A stretch of DNA of 64,000 bases from assembly GCA_001662655.1 (NCBI GenBank), contig KV460220.1, one strand, 5' to 3'. Position 1 is the stretch's first letter, and each line of letters begins with the position of its first letter. The notes beneath the pieces are model-generated. The model saw only the letters and a program-made list of their open reading frames with translations, had not been told where the DNA came from and searched no databases. This stretch comes from Pseudogymnoascus verrucosus. Taxonomy: Eukaryota. A program made the position numbers and the translations under genes. Positions 12,601 through 23,245 of this stretch are shown piece after piece.

Positions 12601-15600
12601 AGTGATGAGGACAACAGGCCGATGCAGACTGGGTGAGGCCCAATTTCAACAACAAATGACTGTTCTTGGATGAGCCCTTGTTCCTCGCATGCACGTACCG
12701 CGTCAAGGAAAGCAACTGGCTCGCGAGTGTGTCTGCGCAGGTATTGCGCGTTAAAGACCCCATCTTCGCCGGGCTTCACAATACGACCAAGTAAAGTAGA
12801 TGCCACTGCAATAGTGGGTGCTTTAAAGGTAACACGCTCGGCAGCCGATTCGAGTTCATCCAGCAGAGGATCCATTTGGCGGGTGTGGAATGCGAACTGG
12901 ACGCGCAGGCGAGCAATGGCGACGCTTGCATCGTCCGACTTAAGATAGGCTTCCAATGCATCAATGGCGGCGACGGGACCACCAACGACAGTGCTCGAGG
13001 GTGCATTGACACAAGTTACCTCGCATCCAGCTGTGGTAGCCAAATCACGCAGGCGATATTGGACGGTGGTCAGGGGAAGTCCGACGGCCAACATACCAGC
13101 CTCGGCTGGTGCGCATTTAGTGAAGATGAGTTCCGCACGCTCACACGCCATGGAGAGTGCATCTCCCACGGACAGCACTCCTGCAACACAGAGCGCTGCG
13201 TACTCACCTAGGCTGTGTCCGACGAGCAGTGTCGGGCGCACGCCGAGTGACACCCAGTATTCGGAGAGGGCAATCTCGAGAGCGACGGTGGCAACCTGCA
13301 TATCGCGCTCGGCAGTCTGCGAGACGGTATCTTGTCCCGACGCACGGATCACGTCGATAAACTGGCAGTTTAGACCCTGAGCGTCGCAGAGGTTCTGATA
13401 TGAATCAAGAAGGCGTTTGAATGTGGGTGATGTGCGGTATAGCATACCGCCCATGCCCATATGCTGGCTACCCTGGCCTGTGAAGGCGAAGACAACTGAT
13501 GATGCCGACTGCTTGGTCTCGTCCTTAGCCGCTGAAGGCTGCAACTGGCGCAGGAGATCCTCCGTAGACTGGGCTACGTAAGCTTCTCGGTTTACGTGGT
13601 GCATGCGACGAGCCGTCGTTGTGTAGGCAAGGTCGGCCAGTGGCGTCTCTGGGTGCTGCGTCAAATACTCAAGGAGACGGCTCTTGTTGGCTTCTTGGGA
13701 TGCTACAGTGCGGCCAGATGTGACAACAACATGGTGCGATCGCACATCGGGCTGCAACGCAGGCGGTTCCACGGCGAAGGATGGCGCGTCGTGCAGCAAC
13801 AAGCTCGCGTTGCCGCCGGCGGCATCGAAGTTGTTAACTAGGATATAACGAGGGGTTGTTCCATTGCGCGTCCAGGCCTGGCCGTTGGCAAGTTGGATAT
13901 CAGTGCCAAGGATAGGCTTCAGGTACGGATTAAGGGTAAATGGCTGGCCGGGCTGAGGGGGAATTCTGTTGCGTTGCATCATGAGGATCGTCTTGATCAA
14001 TGAGACGACGCCAGCTGCGGCCTCGCTGTGGCCTACGTTAGCCTTGATGGCGCCAACAATAAGTGGCTGTTCACGACGGGGCCCACCAGGGGGCGCAAAG
14101 ACGCTCTGTAACGCCTGCATCTCGACCTTGTCACCAGCTTGCGTCCCTGTGCCGTGCATTTCGATGGCACTGACGTCTTCTGGGCGCACTGCGGCCTGGC
14201 GCAGCACACGGCGGTATAGAGATGCTTGCGCTTCCTCGCCAGGATACGTGATGGATCCGGCGCCGGCATTGCAGTTGCGGGATGCACCAGCCACAACGGC
14301 AAGGATGTTGTCCTTGGATCTAACAGCGTCATCCATGCGCTTGAGCACGATAACAGCGACGCCCTCGCCTCTACAGTAGCCATCTGCGGCATCTGAGTAC
14401 GTCTTGCAGGCACCTGTAGGCGAAAGGAATCCTCCCTGGCTCAAGCCAGCAAACCACTCGGGGGCGTTGAGAAGCGTGCCACCACCCACCACTGCAGCAT
14501 CGCATTCACCCGAGGCGAGGGCCTCGCGTGCTAGACAGAGAGCTGTGGCGCTCGAGGAGCAGCCGGTGTCGATGCTGTAAAAACCGCCTGCCCATTGGAA
14601 GTAGTGTCCAATGCGACCCGGAGCGAAACTGCGGTTGACAGCCGGCAGAAAGTGCGTGTCGATGCCCTGCTGCTCATTGATCGTCTTCCAGTCATCAACT
14701 GTCTGGCCAAAGTAAGTGGCAATGCGGGGCGGGTCTTTCTTGTTCTCGGAGGGCGAGTAACCGGCCATCTCTAGGGCCTCATATGTCGTCATGAGAAGCA
14801 TGCGTTGGACCGGGTCCATCTGAAGAGCCTCTTTGGGCGATATGTTAAACAGCCGATGGTCAAAGGCTCCTGGCGTCTTGATGAAGCATCCATGGCGGGC
14901 AAGGAGGGCGTTGTGAGTACGACGAGTTGGGTCGTAAAAGTCGTCGACGTTGAAGCGCGTGGAAGGAATCTCCTTGTGTGCCGTCGTTCCAGACTCAAGC
15001 AGCTCCCAGAGCTCATCTAGCGTGTCGCTCTCAGGGAAGCGTCCCGACATTCCCACAACGGCGATTTCATGTCGAGGAACACTACCGATGTCGTTGCCAA
15101 AAGGCATGGGGGTTGGCTCATACTCGCCGGCTGAGACGCTTTGGCCGTGTTGCTCCAAAATGGTGCGCACCTTGGATATATCCCAGGTCGAGCCAACTGT
15201 TGTGAGGACGACATCTTCGTTGTCCTTTCCTAGAAGCACTGCGGCTACTGCTCGGAATGCGTCCTCGACACGAGCCGGTTTGTGTCTAATGCCCGCCACA
15301 GCGAGGCGCAATGTTTCACCAAAAGTTTCGGCGGGGAGAGAGTCGGCAACAGAGTGCGCCGAGTATTGCGGCCTCTGCACGGTGAGTGTATTAAGCGCTG
15401 GAGAAGTGCCCACTATTTGGGCGTCGTCAACTGGTGGAAGATGGGAGCCGAACATGAGGCATCGAGCCGAGGCGGAGGATGTTACGGCTTGAGTGCTCAG
15501 TGAAAGGATGTCGAGGGTTGAGGGCGGCCCGGCGACGACTATACCCTCAGGCAAGACTTGGCCGATATATGCGCGTTTGAGTGGTCGTAGTGTGGAATTG

Positions 15601-16232
15601 ATCTTTTCCAGTTGCTCCTCGAGCTCTTTCTCGTCAACACCCGAGACTATGCGTGCCCATGTTCCCTCGGAAACTTCAATGTCCCTGCTTGTTCGTTCCA
15701 AGGCAACGGCTAGGCGGAAGGCAACAGCAACGCCCTCCAAGCCCAATGTGAGAACCTCGCTCGTAGTTGTCGCTGTCGAAGCAACTGCTGCCGCAATCAA
15801 TCCAATTCCGAATCCAACGGAGGACAATTTGTCTATCCGTTTGTCTGATAAGATAGAAGTGTGATCCTCTGCAAACCTATTGGACTGTTAGCTTACACTG
15901 CGCTGCTAACTCCCGCTGCTTCAGCTTAGATTCTAGGAAACTTGCATCAGGAGCTGGCCAATCTGAATGGTTGTCAACAGGACAATTTCAGCCACCACAC
16001 TGGGCCTGCCAACATGTCGCTCGGCGAGCTCTACGAGATCCTCAAATCCGCCAATTCTAGCACTGTCGACGCCGGACAAGGCAGTAGCCTCTCTTTGTAT
16101 AACAGTCGACGCTTCGTTCAGTAGGGTTTGGAGCTGCGGGTGATTCCTGGCTCGCACGCTCAAGTCGTGTACCGCCCTGAGCAAGTCTGTGTGCTCATGG
16201 GCGAAGAGGAGGATGTGGCTAGAGGAAGCCAT
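9609..16232 (-). CDS. orsA: Non-reducing polyketide synthase SAT-KS-AT-PT-ACP-ACP-TE, orsellinic-acid-synthase (OrsA)-like, ~2164 aa
   Basis: KS DTGCSSS, EMHGTGTQAGD, GHSEAAAG; AT GHSLGE; PT GHVVDG...DALVH; ACPs LGVDSQM and MGMDSML; TE GWSAG, with the catalytic His in a last exon (GDHFSMM, 9609-9697). No KR, ER or MT motifs. Introns 15877-15945 (GC-AG) and 9698-9757. Confidence 0.95.
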
Positions 16233-16922
16233 ATTGGAGAAGATGGTCCAAGCTATGCTTCTCCAAGCTGTTGGAGCATTCAACTACAATAAAAGGCATA
16301 CTTGTGTCTATATTATATAGCCACTCGTATGTTATAATGGAAGGGGTTGATAAGAGAGGTAAGCAGCGTGGAACATGCCAAGGCCCTCGTTCCTATGGTT
16401 AGAAGCCATACGATGAGGTATCCACGACGATTACTTTTGCCTCTGTAATCAATCCCTCCGACGAGTTCAGTGAGTCCAACAATGCCCCTCCAGTCAAATT
16501 GAAGAGACAAGGCTGTTGTTGCAAGGCTGTGTGGAGCCCATGCCGGAGCCGCCCACGAGCATTCTCACCATAAGCGTCAACATCATAAGCATGCAGAGCA
16601 CGCCCGTAAATAAGCATGCAGCGATAAGCATGGTTTAATCAAAAATAACGGGAATACGGAATAGGGCACGGGCTTATCCTCAAAATTCATGCAGGGCTTG
16701 CGCAATGCTAGTCAAGGTAAGGAACAAATCACACTGTGGCTGCTCCGGGATAGTATTCAGCCTCAATGGTCCGAGTGATAACCGACCACTTTGTCAACAT
16801 TTGAATACTATCTGACAGTGGCTACGTATCATCAACGGCCTCGCATCGACTTTATTTTCCCCAAAATCTTTATCCCAATCGCCCACCACACCATTGCTCT
16901 ACTCTAATCAAGTTTCGTTACC
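16233..16922. promoter_or_regulatory. Divergent promoter between PKS and SnoaL-like gene, with clustered RTAAGCR motifs
   Basis: Head-to-head ATGs at 16232(-) and 16923(+). GTAAGCA at 16359, ATAAGCG at 16570, ATAAGCATGCA at 16585 and 16610, ATAAGCATG at 16624. Confidence 0.65.
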
Positions 16923-17614
16923 ATGACGACTCTCACCGCAGATATTGCTGAAATTCAACACATTCTCAAACGCGAGCGTTACCATCGGGATACTGCTCAG
17001 TGGGATTTGTGCCGTGCCGCCTTCCACCCTGATGCCTCCAAGACATACATCAATGTTGCCTGGTTTGTACAGTCCTTGGTCATATGATCTTATCATTTGT
17101 GAAAGCTAATTGCTACTGAATTCGTATCAGGTATGAGGGTGATGTGGAAAACTTTCTGCAGCAGTCGGCCAAGATGCACAAAGGCAAGGTCAACATCCTC
17201 CATTCGTCGTTTGATCCCGTCGAGATCCACGTCCGCGGTCAGCGAGCCACCAGCGAGGCCTTTTGCGTCATCACCAGTTTGCTAACGCTAGATGGCGTCG
17301 ACTACGAGCTGGCTTCTTACATGCGTCTCTTGACTCGCCTCGAGAAACTATCGGAGTCCGGCCAGTGGCGAATGCTCAGCCTAGAATCAATTTACGTACG
17401 CGATCGCATAGTCACGGCCTTCCCGGGATCAGGATCAAGCACACTCACCATGAGTGAGGAGGTGCAGGCTTACCCAAAGGGCTATCGCCACTTGGCGCTG
17501 GTGATGAGATATCGGGGCTTGAAACCGCAGACGAATCTTCCCCACGAAGATGACCAGGAAGGCGTGCGGGAGTTACTGGACCGAAATCGGGCATATCTAG
17601 AGGGAGCTGAGTAG
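16923..17614 (+). CDS. SnoaL/NTF2-like fold protein (AN7910-like)
   Basis: Exon 1 (missing from the ORF track) MTTLTADIAEIQHILKRERYHRDTAQWDLCRAAFHPD..., intron 17063-17130, then ORF 17144..17614 with 'H...IHVRGQRATSE...W(R)M...IY..D'. This pattern fits SnoaL-like proteins. Confidence 0.8.
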
Positions 17615-17753
17615 GGACTTCGATGGAATATTCCGTAGGGACTGGTGGCGTTCGCTTTTACGCTGACGTTACCTAAGCCGGTCAAATACACACAATTAAT
17701 GATATTCCCCTCCTAAAAAAAAGTATTGCTACAGTATAGCATGTGTGCGGCTG

Positions 17754-17858
17754 TAATCCTCGTAATGTAATCCGAATGGCTGTAGTCCGAATGGCTGTGG
17801 TCCGAATGTCTGTAATCCACCCAGCGTAATGCGTGGGGCCTTAATCCTCGTAATGTAA
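17754..17858. repeat. 15-bp tandem repeat (~3.5 copies) bracketed by a 17-bp direct repeat
   Basis: TGTAR/TGTGG-TCCGAATGKC units at 17766-17818; TAATCCTCGTAATGTAA at 17754-17770 and 17842-17858. Confidence 0.85.
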
Positions 17859-18696
17859 CGAATGCCATCATTCTCCACGGCTGAACAAAGTATGCCTTAC
17901 GGGTGGTTGTTTCCGTTGGTCCGGTGCAGGCGGAGTGGAGCAGAACTGTTCTGGTTCTATTTTGCACGGGCTGCTTGCATTGTTGCATTGCAGCACATCC
18001 TGTCCTGTCGTCTATCACGTTGTCCTCTACTAGGTTGTAACTTGTGATACCTCATCTGGACGCAAGGTACTCTACTAGGTTGTGTGACCTAGATATTCGA
18101 CATAGAGGAAGTGGATTCCAGTGGCCTGTGAGCGAAACATTTCCCCACACAATGAGGTATGTTTTCCATAACGAGCGCCGCCTTGATGTGTGTATGGCGT
18201 GATGGGCTTCCAGTCAGGTTTGTACCTTCCTACCTAGGTAGTATAAGCTATGTAGCTTTTCTATAGTAAGCCACAGTAACTTACAGCAACCTACAGTGGG
18301 ATAAAGTAGGCAGGCTAGATAAAGGTGCAGGAACACGTGAGATAAAGTATGGTAGAGCGTTGTCGGGCTTGGCAAAAGGGAAGGAGATTCACCGCAGGGG
18401 TGTTTGATCGACAGCAGGGTGTTTATGTTACTATTTACGAGCTATCCTACCTACCATGAACGCCCCTAAGGGCGACTTTAAGTACCTACCTAAAGTCAGT
18501 ACGAACTGTAAATGCAAGGTAGTTGACGTGCATAAGAACACTCGGCGTACCGCATAAGGTACATAAAATGTGAGATATGTATGCTCCAGTAACAAGTAAG
18601 CTAAGTGGAGTACTATGTAATCAGTCTAGACCTGCCCGAGCCGCCCGTGTTTACCCCTGTAACGATCCTACATACCCGCTTATCAGAGCTAACCAG

Positions 18697-19747
18697 CTAG
18701 TTCTTCTCCACTTTAACCTTTAGTAGGTCCTCCGCATTCCGATACGCTATCATCTCCAGCTGCTCGCTGTTAAGCATCCCGCTCTCCTCTAGTTGCTTGA
18801 ACCACTCCAGGCCCCTTTCATTTGTTTCGAATGGATAGTCTACACTATACATGATATGCTCCACCCGGGTGTTTTCCAGGATGCACTTCATGGGTGCTAG
18901 GCTCCATGATCCAGACGTAGTAATCCAGATGTTCTCATCCCAGACCTGACGAAGTGGACGATCCCGAGAACCCCAGCCGGCCCAGCGAGTGCTCATGTCG
19001 ATGCATCGCTCTAGCATGAACGGCAGCATTTCCCCCATGTGCCCGACGACTATCTTTAGTTTGGGGAAGCGGTCAAACACTCCAGCGGCGAACAGCTTTA
19101 GGACGTGCAGGCCCACATCACTATGCCACCCCCAGCCTGCAGCGCCAAGGCTCACAGCTACAGGCATGGGGTACTCGCCTTGGAACTGCTCCGCCATCGA
19201 GGCTGATGGCCACGTCGGATGCAAGTAGATGGGCACGTCCAGGTCCGTGGCCTTTTCCCACAAGACGTCGTACGCAGCTGAATCAAAATGCGTCCCGTTC
19301 GCATGGTTGTCTATCAAGGCGCCGACAAAGTTGAGCATTGACACGCTTCGTTCAAGCTCACGCGCAGACTCAGCTGGGTCGGAGACTGGGAGAACGGCCA
19401 AGGCAGCGAAGCGATGGCTCTGGTTGCTTTGCGCTATGCCAGCGGCCAACTCATCGTTGCCTTTTTGACAGCTTTCCACACTAGGACCACCTGTGGAGAT
19501 CCAGATTAGCCGAGTCACATTGCAAGTGTGGAATTTGGGGTCACTTGCCAGGGGTGAAGGCATGCGAGATTACCTGGAGAGAGATTTGGCCGCGGTCCAT
19601 CGCCGCGAGGCGTCCGTCTCCCAGATCAAGCAGTGCCTCTGAGAGGCCAGGCACAGCCTTCAGAGTACGTTGGAATGTTTCACCAATAGATGAGAACACG
19701 GCATTGGAGTAGAAGTGCTCCTCGAGAGCAATGAGTGGCGGCGTCAT
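18697..19747 (-). CDS. orsB: Amidohydrolase_2-family aromatic acid decarboxylase (OrsB-like), ~330 aa
   Basis: N-terminal IALEEH; PIYLHP; GVFDRFPKLKIVVGHMGE; YSVDYPF. One intron, 19491-19548 (GC-AG). Confidence 0.9.
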
Positions 19748-20232
19748 TCTGTCAGCTGAAGCATTTGCCAGTATAATTATTTGGAGACGATGAAGACTGA
19801 CCACGAAAGACCGACCTTGATTATGGTCGGTCTTTAAGCTATGTAGCGCGGGTTTATATCCACATCAGCACGGGCTCAATAAGTCCGTCACTTAGTTTCA
19901 GCACAATTTTGCTATACATTCTATATTGATCGACCCACAGTAACTTGTAAGCATGATAATCAATAATGGATCATGGGGTATGTAGACGCTTATGGGCGCC
20001 TGTAAGCACCCATCTTGGTATAAGCACCCGAGCTTCAAATATGCCCCTTGATGTAAGTTATTAGCAAAAGCGCCTCATACTTGTTGCTTGGCTGTCAGTA
20101 TGCATTGGGTAACAACCCCCTCCTGGAATGGGCGCCTTGGCCTCCAATAATGCCAGGCTACTTATATCCCACCCAGGGCCCATTCTATGGCTCAAAGGTT
20201 GTCGGTTTCAGCATCAATATCACCATTGCACC
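19748..20232. promoter_or_regulatory. Divergent promoter between decarboxylase and tyrosinase, with clustered RTAAGCR motifs
   Basis: GTAAGCATG at 19947, CGCTTAT (reverse) at 19987, GTAAGCACC at 20002, ATAAGCACC at 20020. Confidence 0.65.
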
Positions 20233-21607
20233 ATGTTTCGTTCCTTTTACTCTCTGGCGGCGCTTGCCCTGCTATTTTTGGGGTTGGCGTTAGCCGATGA
20301 CAAGACTCTAACGGATAAGCTGGTAAATATCTACAAAAACAACACGCTTAGGAGGCTTCCAACTACTGGCGCCTGCACGGCCAAGAACATACGAGTACGC
20401 AAAGAATGGTATGCATCTCACCTACCTTAGGCCATTATTTCGCTTTCACCTTTCGCAAAAGTCCATGCATTGCAGTTACTGACTTGTCTGACTCGCAGGG
20501 GTAACTTGAGCTCGGCGGGCCGACTGGACTACATCAGAGCGGTTAAATGCCTAAAAACCTTGCCATCCAAGATCGATCCCGCCAAGGCGCCAGGTGCCCG
20601 TACCCGCTACGACGATTTCCAAGCTGCACACATTATTCAGACCACAGTCGTCCATGGAACAGGCTCCTTCTTCGCTTGGCATCGTCACCTCATATGGCTC
20701 TACGAGACCGCTCTCCGCAATGAATGTGGTTACCATGGGTATCAGCCTTACTGGGACTGGTCCAAGTACGCCAACAAGTCGCTATCGGCCAATCCGTTGA
20801 TTGACGGCTCCGCCACGTCCATGTCGGGCAACGGCAAGTATATTGCCGGCCGCAACGGGACTCTTCAGCCCTTCCCCATTCCCGTCGAGAACCCCCCAGC
20901 TCTCTACTGTCCTCCAGGCACAGGTGGCGGTTTCGTTTACAATGGTCCTCTCGTCGACTGGAAGTTGAACCTTGGGCCGGTTGTGAACAATGTTGTAACC
21001 AACGGCCTCCACGTCAACCCCAATCCCCGCGCGGACGGCCTCGGATACAATCCGCGCCGTCTTATTCGTGACTTCAATAATACTCTCCTCCAGGACAACA
21101 CCTATGCAATCGTCAACAAGATGCTTGTCAACATGACCAGTAAGGCCGCACCTCCCAAGGTTCTGAATTAACGGGTAGTAGCTAACCAAGTGCGCTAGGC
21201 ATGCACGAGTTCCACCCCTACTTCTTCCAGGTCCCGCACACCGCAGGCCACCTGTTCATCTCTGGCTACGATAACGATCTTTTCACTTCCCCGGGTGATC
21301 CCCTGTTCTACTTCCATCACGCTCAAGTGGATCGTATATGGGCTCTTTGGCAGGGGATGGACTTTGCAACGAGGGAATTCGCCCTTGACGGAACGTTGAC
21401 TATGCTGGACCGTATGTAACCTTGTTCCTTGTCCGGGCTTCACGGTCACTCTCACCCGAGTAAGTAGCTAACTCAAAACAAAATATAGTTCCCCCGACCC
21501 GAAATGCGACGCTTGACGATCTGATGAAGTTCGAGTTCTCTCCGGATATTTCCATCAACGACAGAATGAGCCCAACCGCACACGGGCTCTGCTACATATA
21601 CGAGTAA
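20233..21607 (+). CDS. orsC: Tyrosinase-like di-copper oxidase with signal peptide (OrsC-like)
   Basis: Signal peptide MFRSFYSLAALALLFLGLALA; 'VRKEW'; CuA H-x7-H-x8-H (AAHIIQTTVVHGTGSFFAWHR); CuB 'PHTAGH...GDPLFYFHHAQVDRIW'; C-terminal LCYIYE. Introns 20409-20498, 21140-21198 and 21412-21488. Confidence 0.92.
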
Positions 21608-22262
21608 GCAGATATAAACAGAGGGCATACCAAGGACATGGGCAGCACCAGTGACTTTGGTGAAGAGCGATTTAAATTGTGGAGAACCTTCCGACATGGA
21701 GCACATGCACTTATGTACAAATCGGGATGGGGCGGAGAGAAGACTGGGTCCGCTTATATGACTTGCATGTCCTAAATTCGCATCATTTTGCCTTGTACGG
21801 ACAAGGGAAGATGACTCCAATCAATTCTTTATTGACGTGTAAATCCTTTGTCTCTTTCATCTATTTTTATTTATTAGCAAGCGGGTGGCTGTAGTAATGG
21901 TGAATCACGCCGCCCCCAATTTTGGATAATCACAGCCTCCCGTGCCGCCCGAAAGTCTATGCAATACAAAGTCCGTGCTTTGACTTATTATCAACAACAA
22001 TAAATTCCTACAGGTTACGGCAACGATAAAGTACTGGCTTTATAGGTGATTATCATTTTATTTCAGTTCGTAGGAAAAAAATTAGTATTTAAAGTTTTAA
22101 TCAAAAAGGAGAATTTCATTGCATGCAGTTGCTTGTGTGAGGACGTATGGTCATTGAACACAATTTTGGGCGCCAAGAGTATCACACTCCAGAGCTCAAA
22201 CAGTTTCAATGAGAGTATATATTTATTCTTTCTATCGTGTTACCTACAGTGTTTATCTATTG

Positions 22263-23245
22263 TTAAAATTGATGAGGCAAGGCCAGCTTACCCCCATCCG
22301 ACATCGCTTCATCACTCCACTCTTCTATGTCGCTCCCGCTTAGCCCTTCATCGTCCTCGTCCATTAGAGTGGGAGCCTTGCAATATATCCGCTTCATGGC
22401 CGCAAGATAGTACTTTACTTTGTCGTCCGGCTTCAGGAAACCCGCCTTCACTCCGATACTGTAAAGTAATTGAACGTCCCGGATTGTCTCAACCGCCGGA
22501 GACGCTGTTTCTGATTCCTTGCACCGGCCACCAGTATTGGCTAGGTCGTAAACTGCGCCGAGGCTCTGTTTTGGTAGTCAGAATCATGTTTGCAAACAAA
22601 TTAAGGCAACGTGAATTGTTTTCTTACTGCAGAACTTGAGGATATAGGTGATGTGAGCAGGGACGGGTGGCATGTCCCAGCAGATGGAAAGTGAGAAAAT
22701 TGGCCTCGAATTTGCGGTGACATAAAATACTCCGGCGAGGCTTGTATTGAAGCCTCGTCAGCACGATTTAGATAGCCATTGGCAGAGATATCTCCTGACA
22801 GTTCGTTATTCGGGCTGTGAGTCGAGGAGCAGCCCTCGCCTTGCTGGAGGTAGAAGTTGACATCCATCGGCGGCCAGGAGACGTGAGCATCAGACGGTCC
22901 CAGCGGCTGATCCGGAAGCCAACTTGTATGTTGCGCAAAGTAGCAGTTGTGATCCGGCAGCTCCAGTGAGTGTTTTGACTGAGGTCTTGACTCTAAGTCT
23001 GATATATGTGGTGTTGTGTCAAGCAGCGCCTCGTCGGCACCAGGTTGTGTACTCTCTGGTTTTTTTGCGTCGTCGGGTTTAGCTTGTCTATATCGCTCTC
23101 CTAAAGATAAGGTATGAGGGTTAGCCATCTCCATCTCTGTACTTGTTCAGTGTTCTATGTACATACTCCACCGGCGCTGTGATTCACGATTTTGACGCCG
23201 CCGTCGGACACGGGGATCTTCCTGTGCAGTTGTGGGCATGCTCAT
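22263..23245 (-). CDS. Putative bZIP-basic-region transcription factor, ~284 aa (manually spliced)
   Basis: Exons 23245-23167, 23100-22628 and 22565-22263 are joined in frame by GT-AG introns (855 nt total). N-terminus MSMPTTAQEDPRVRRRRQNRESQRRWRER matches the bZIP basic consensus RRxQNRxAQRxxR. Confidence 0.72.

Noticed and set aside
17754..17858. CRISPR-like array
   Set aside because: Eukaryotic context, contiguous 15-bp units with no unique spacers, and no cas genes.
15877..19548. GC-AG introns as a cluster-specific regulatory device, or frameshifts making the PKS and decarboxylase pseudogenes
   Set aside because: The same donor occurs in atg13 and the UbiA gene, so it is not cluster-specific; splicing restores full frames.
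22046..22639. 197-aa plus-strand ORF
   Set aside because: Non-ATG start and antisense to the last exon of the bZIP-like gene.
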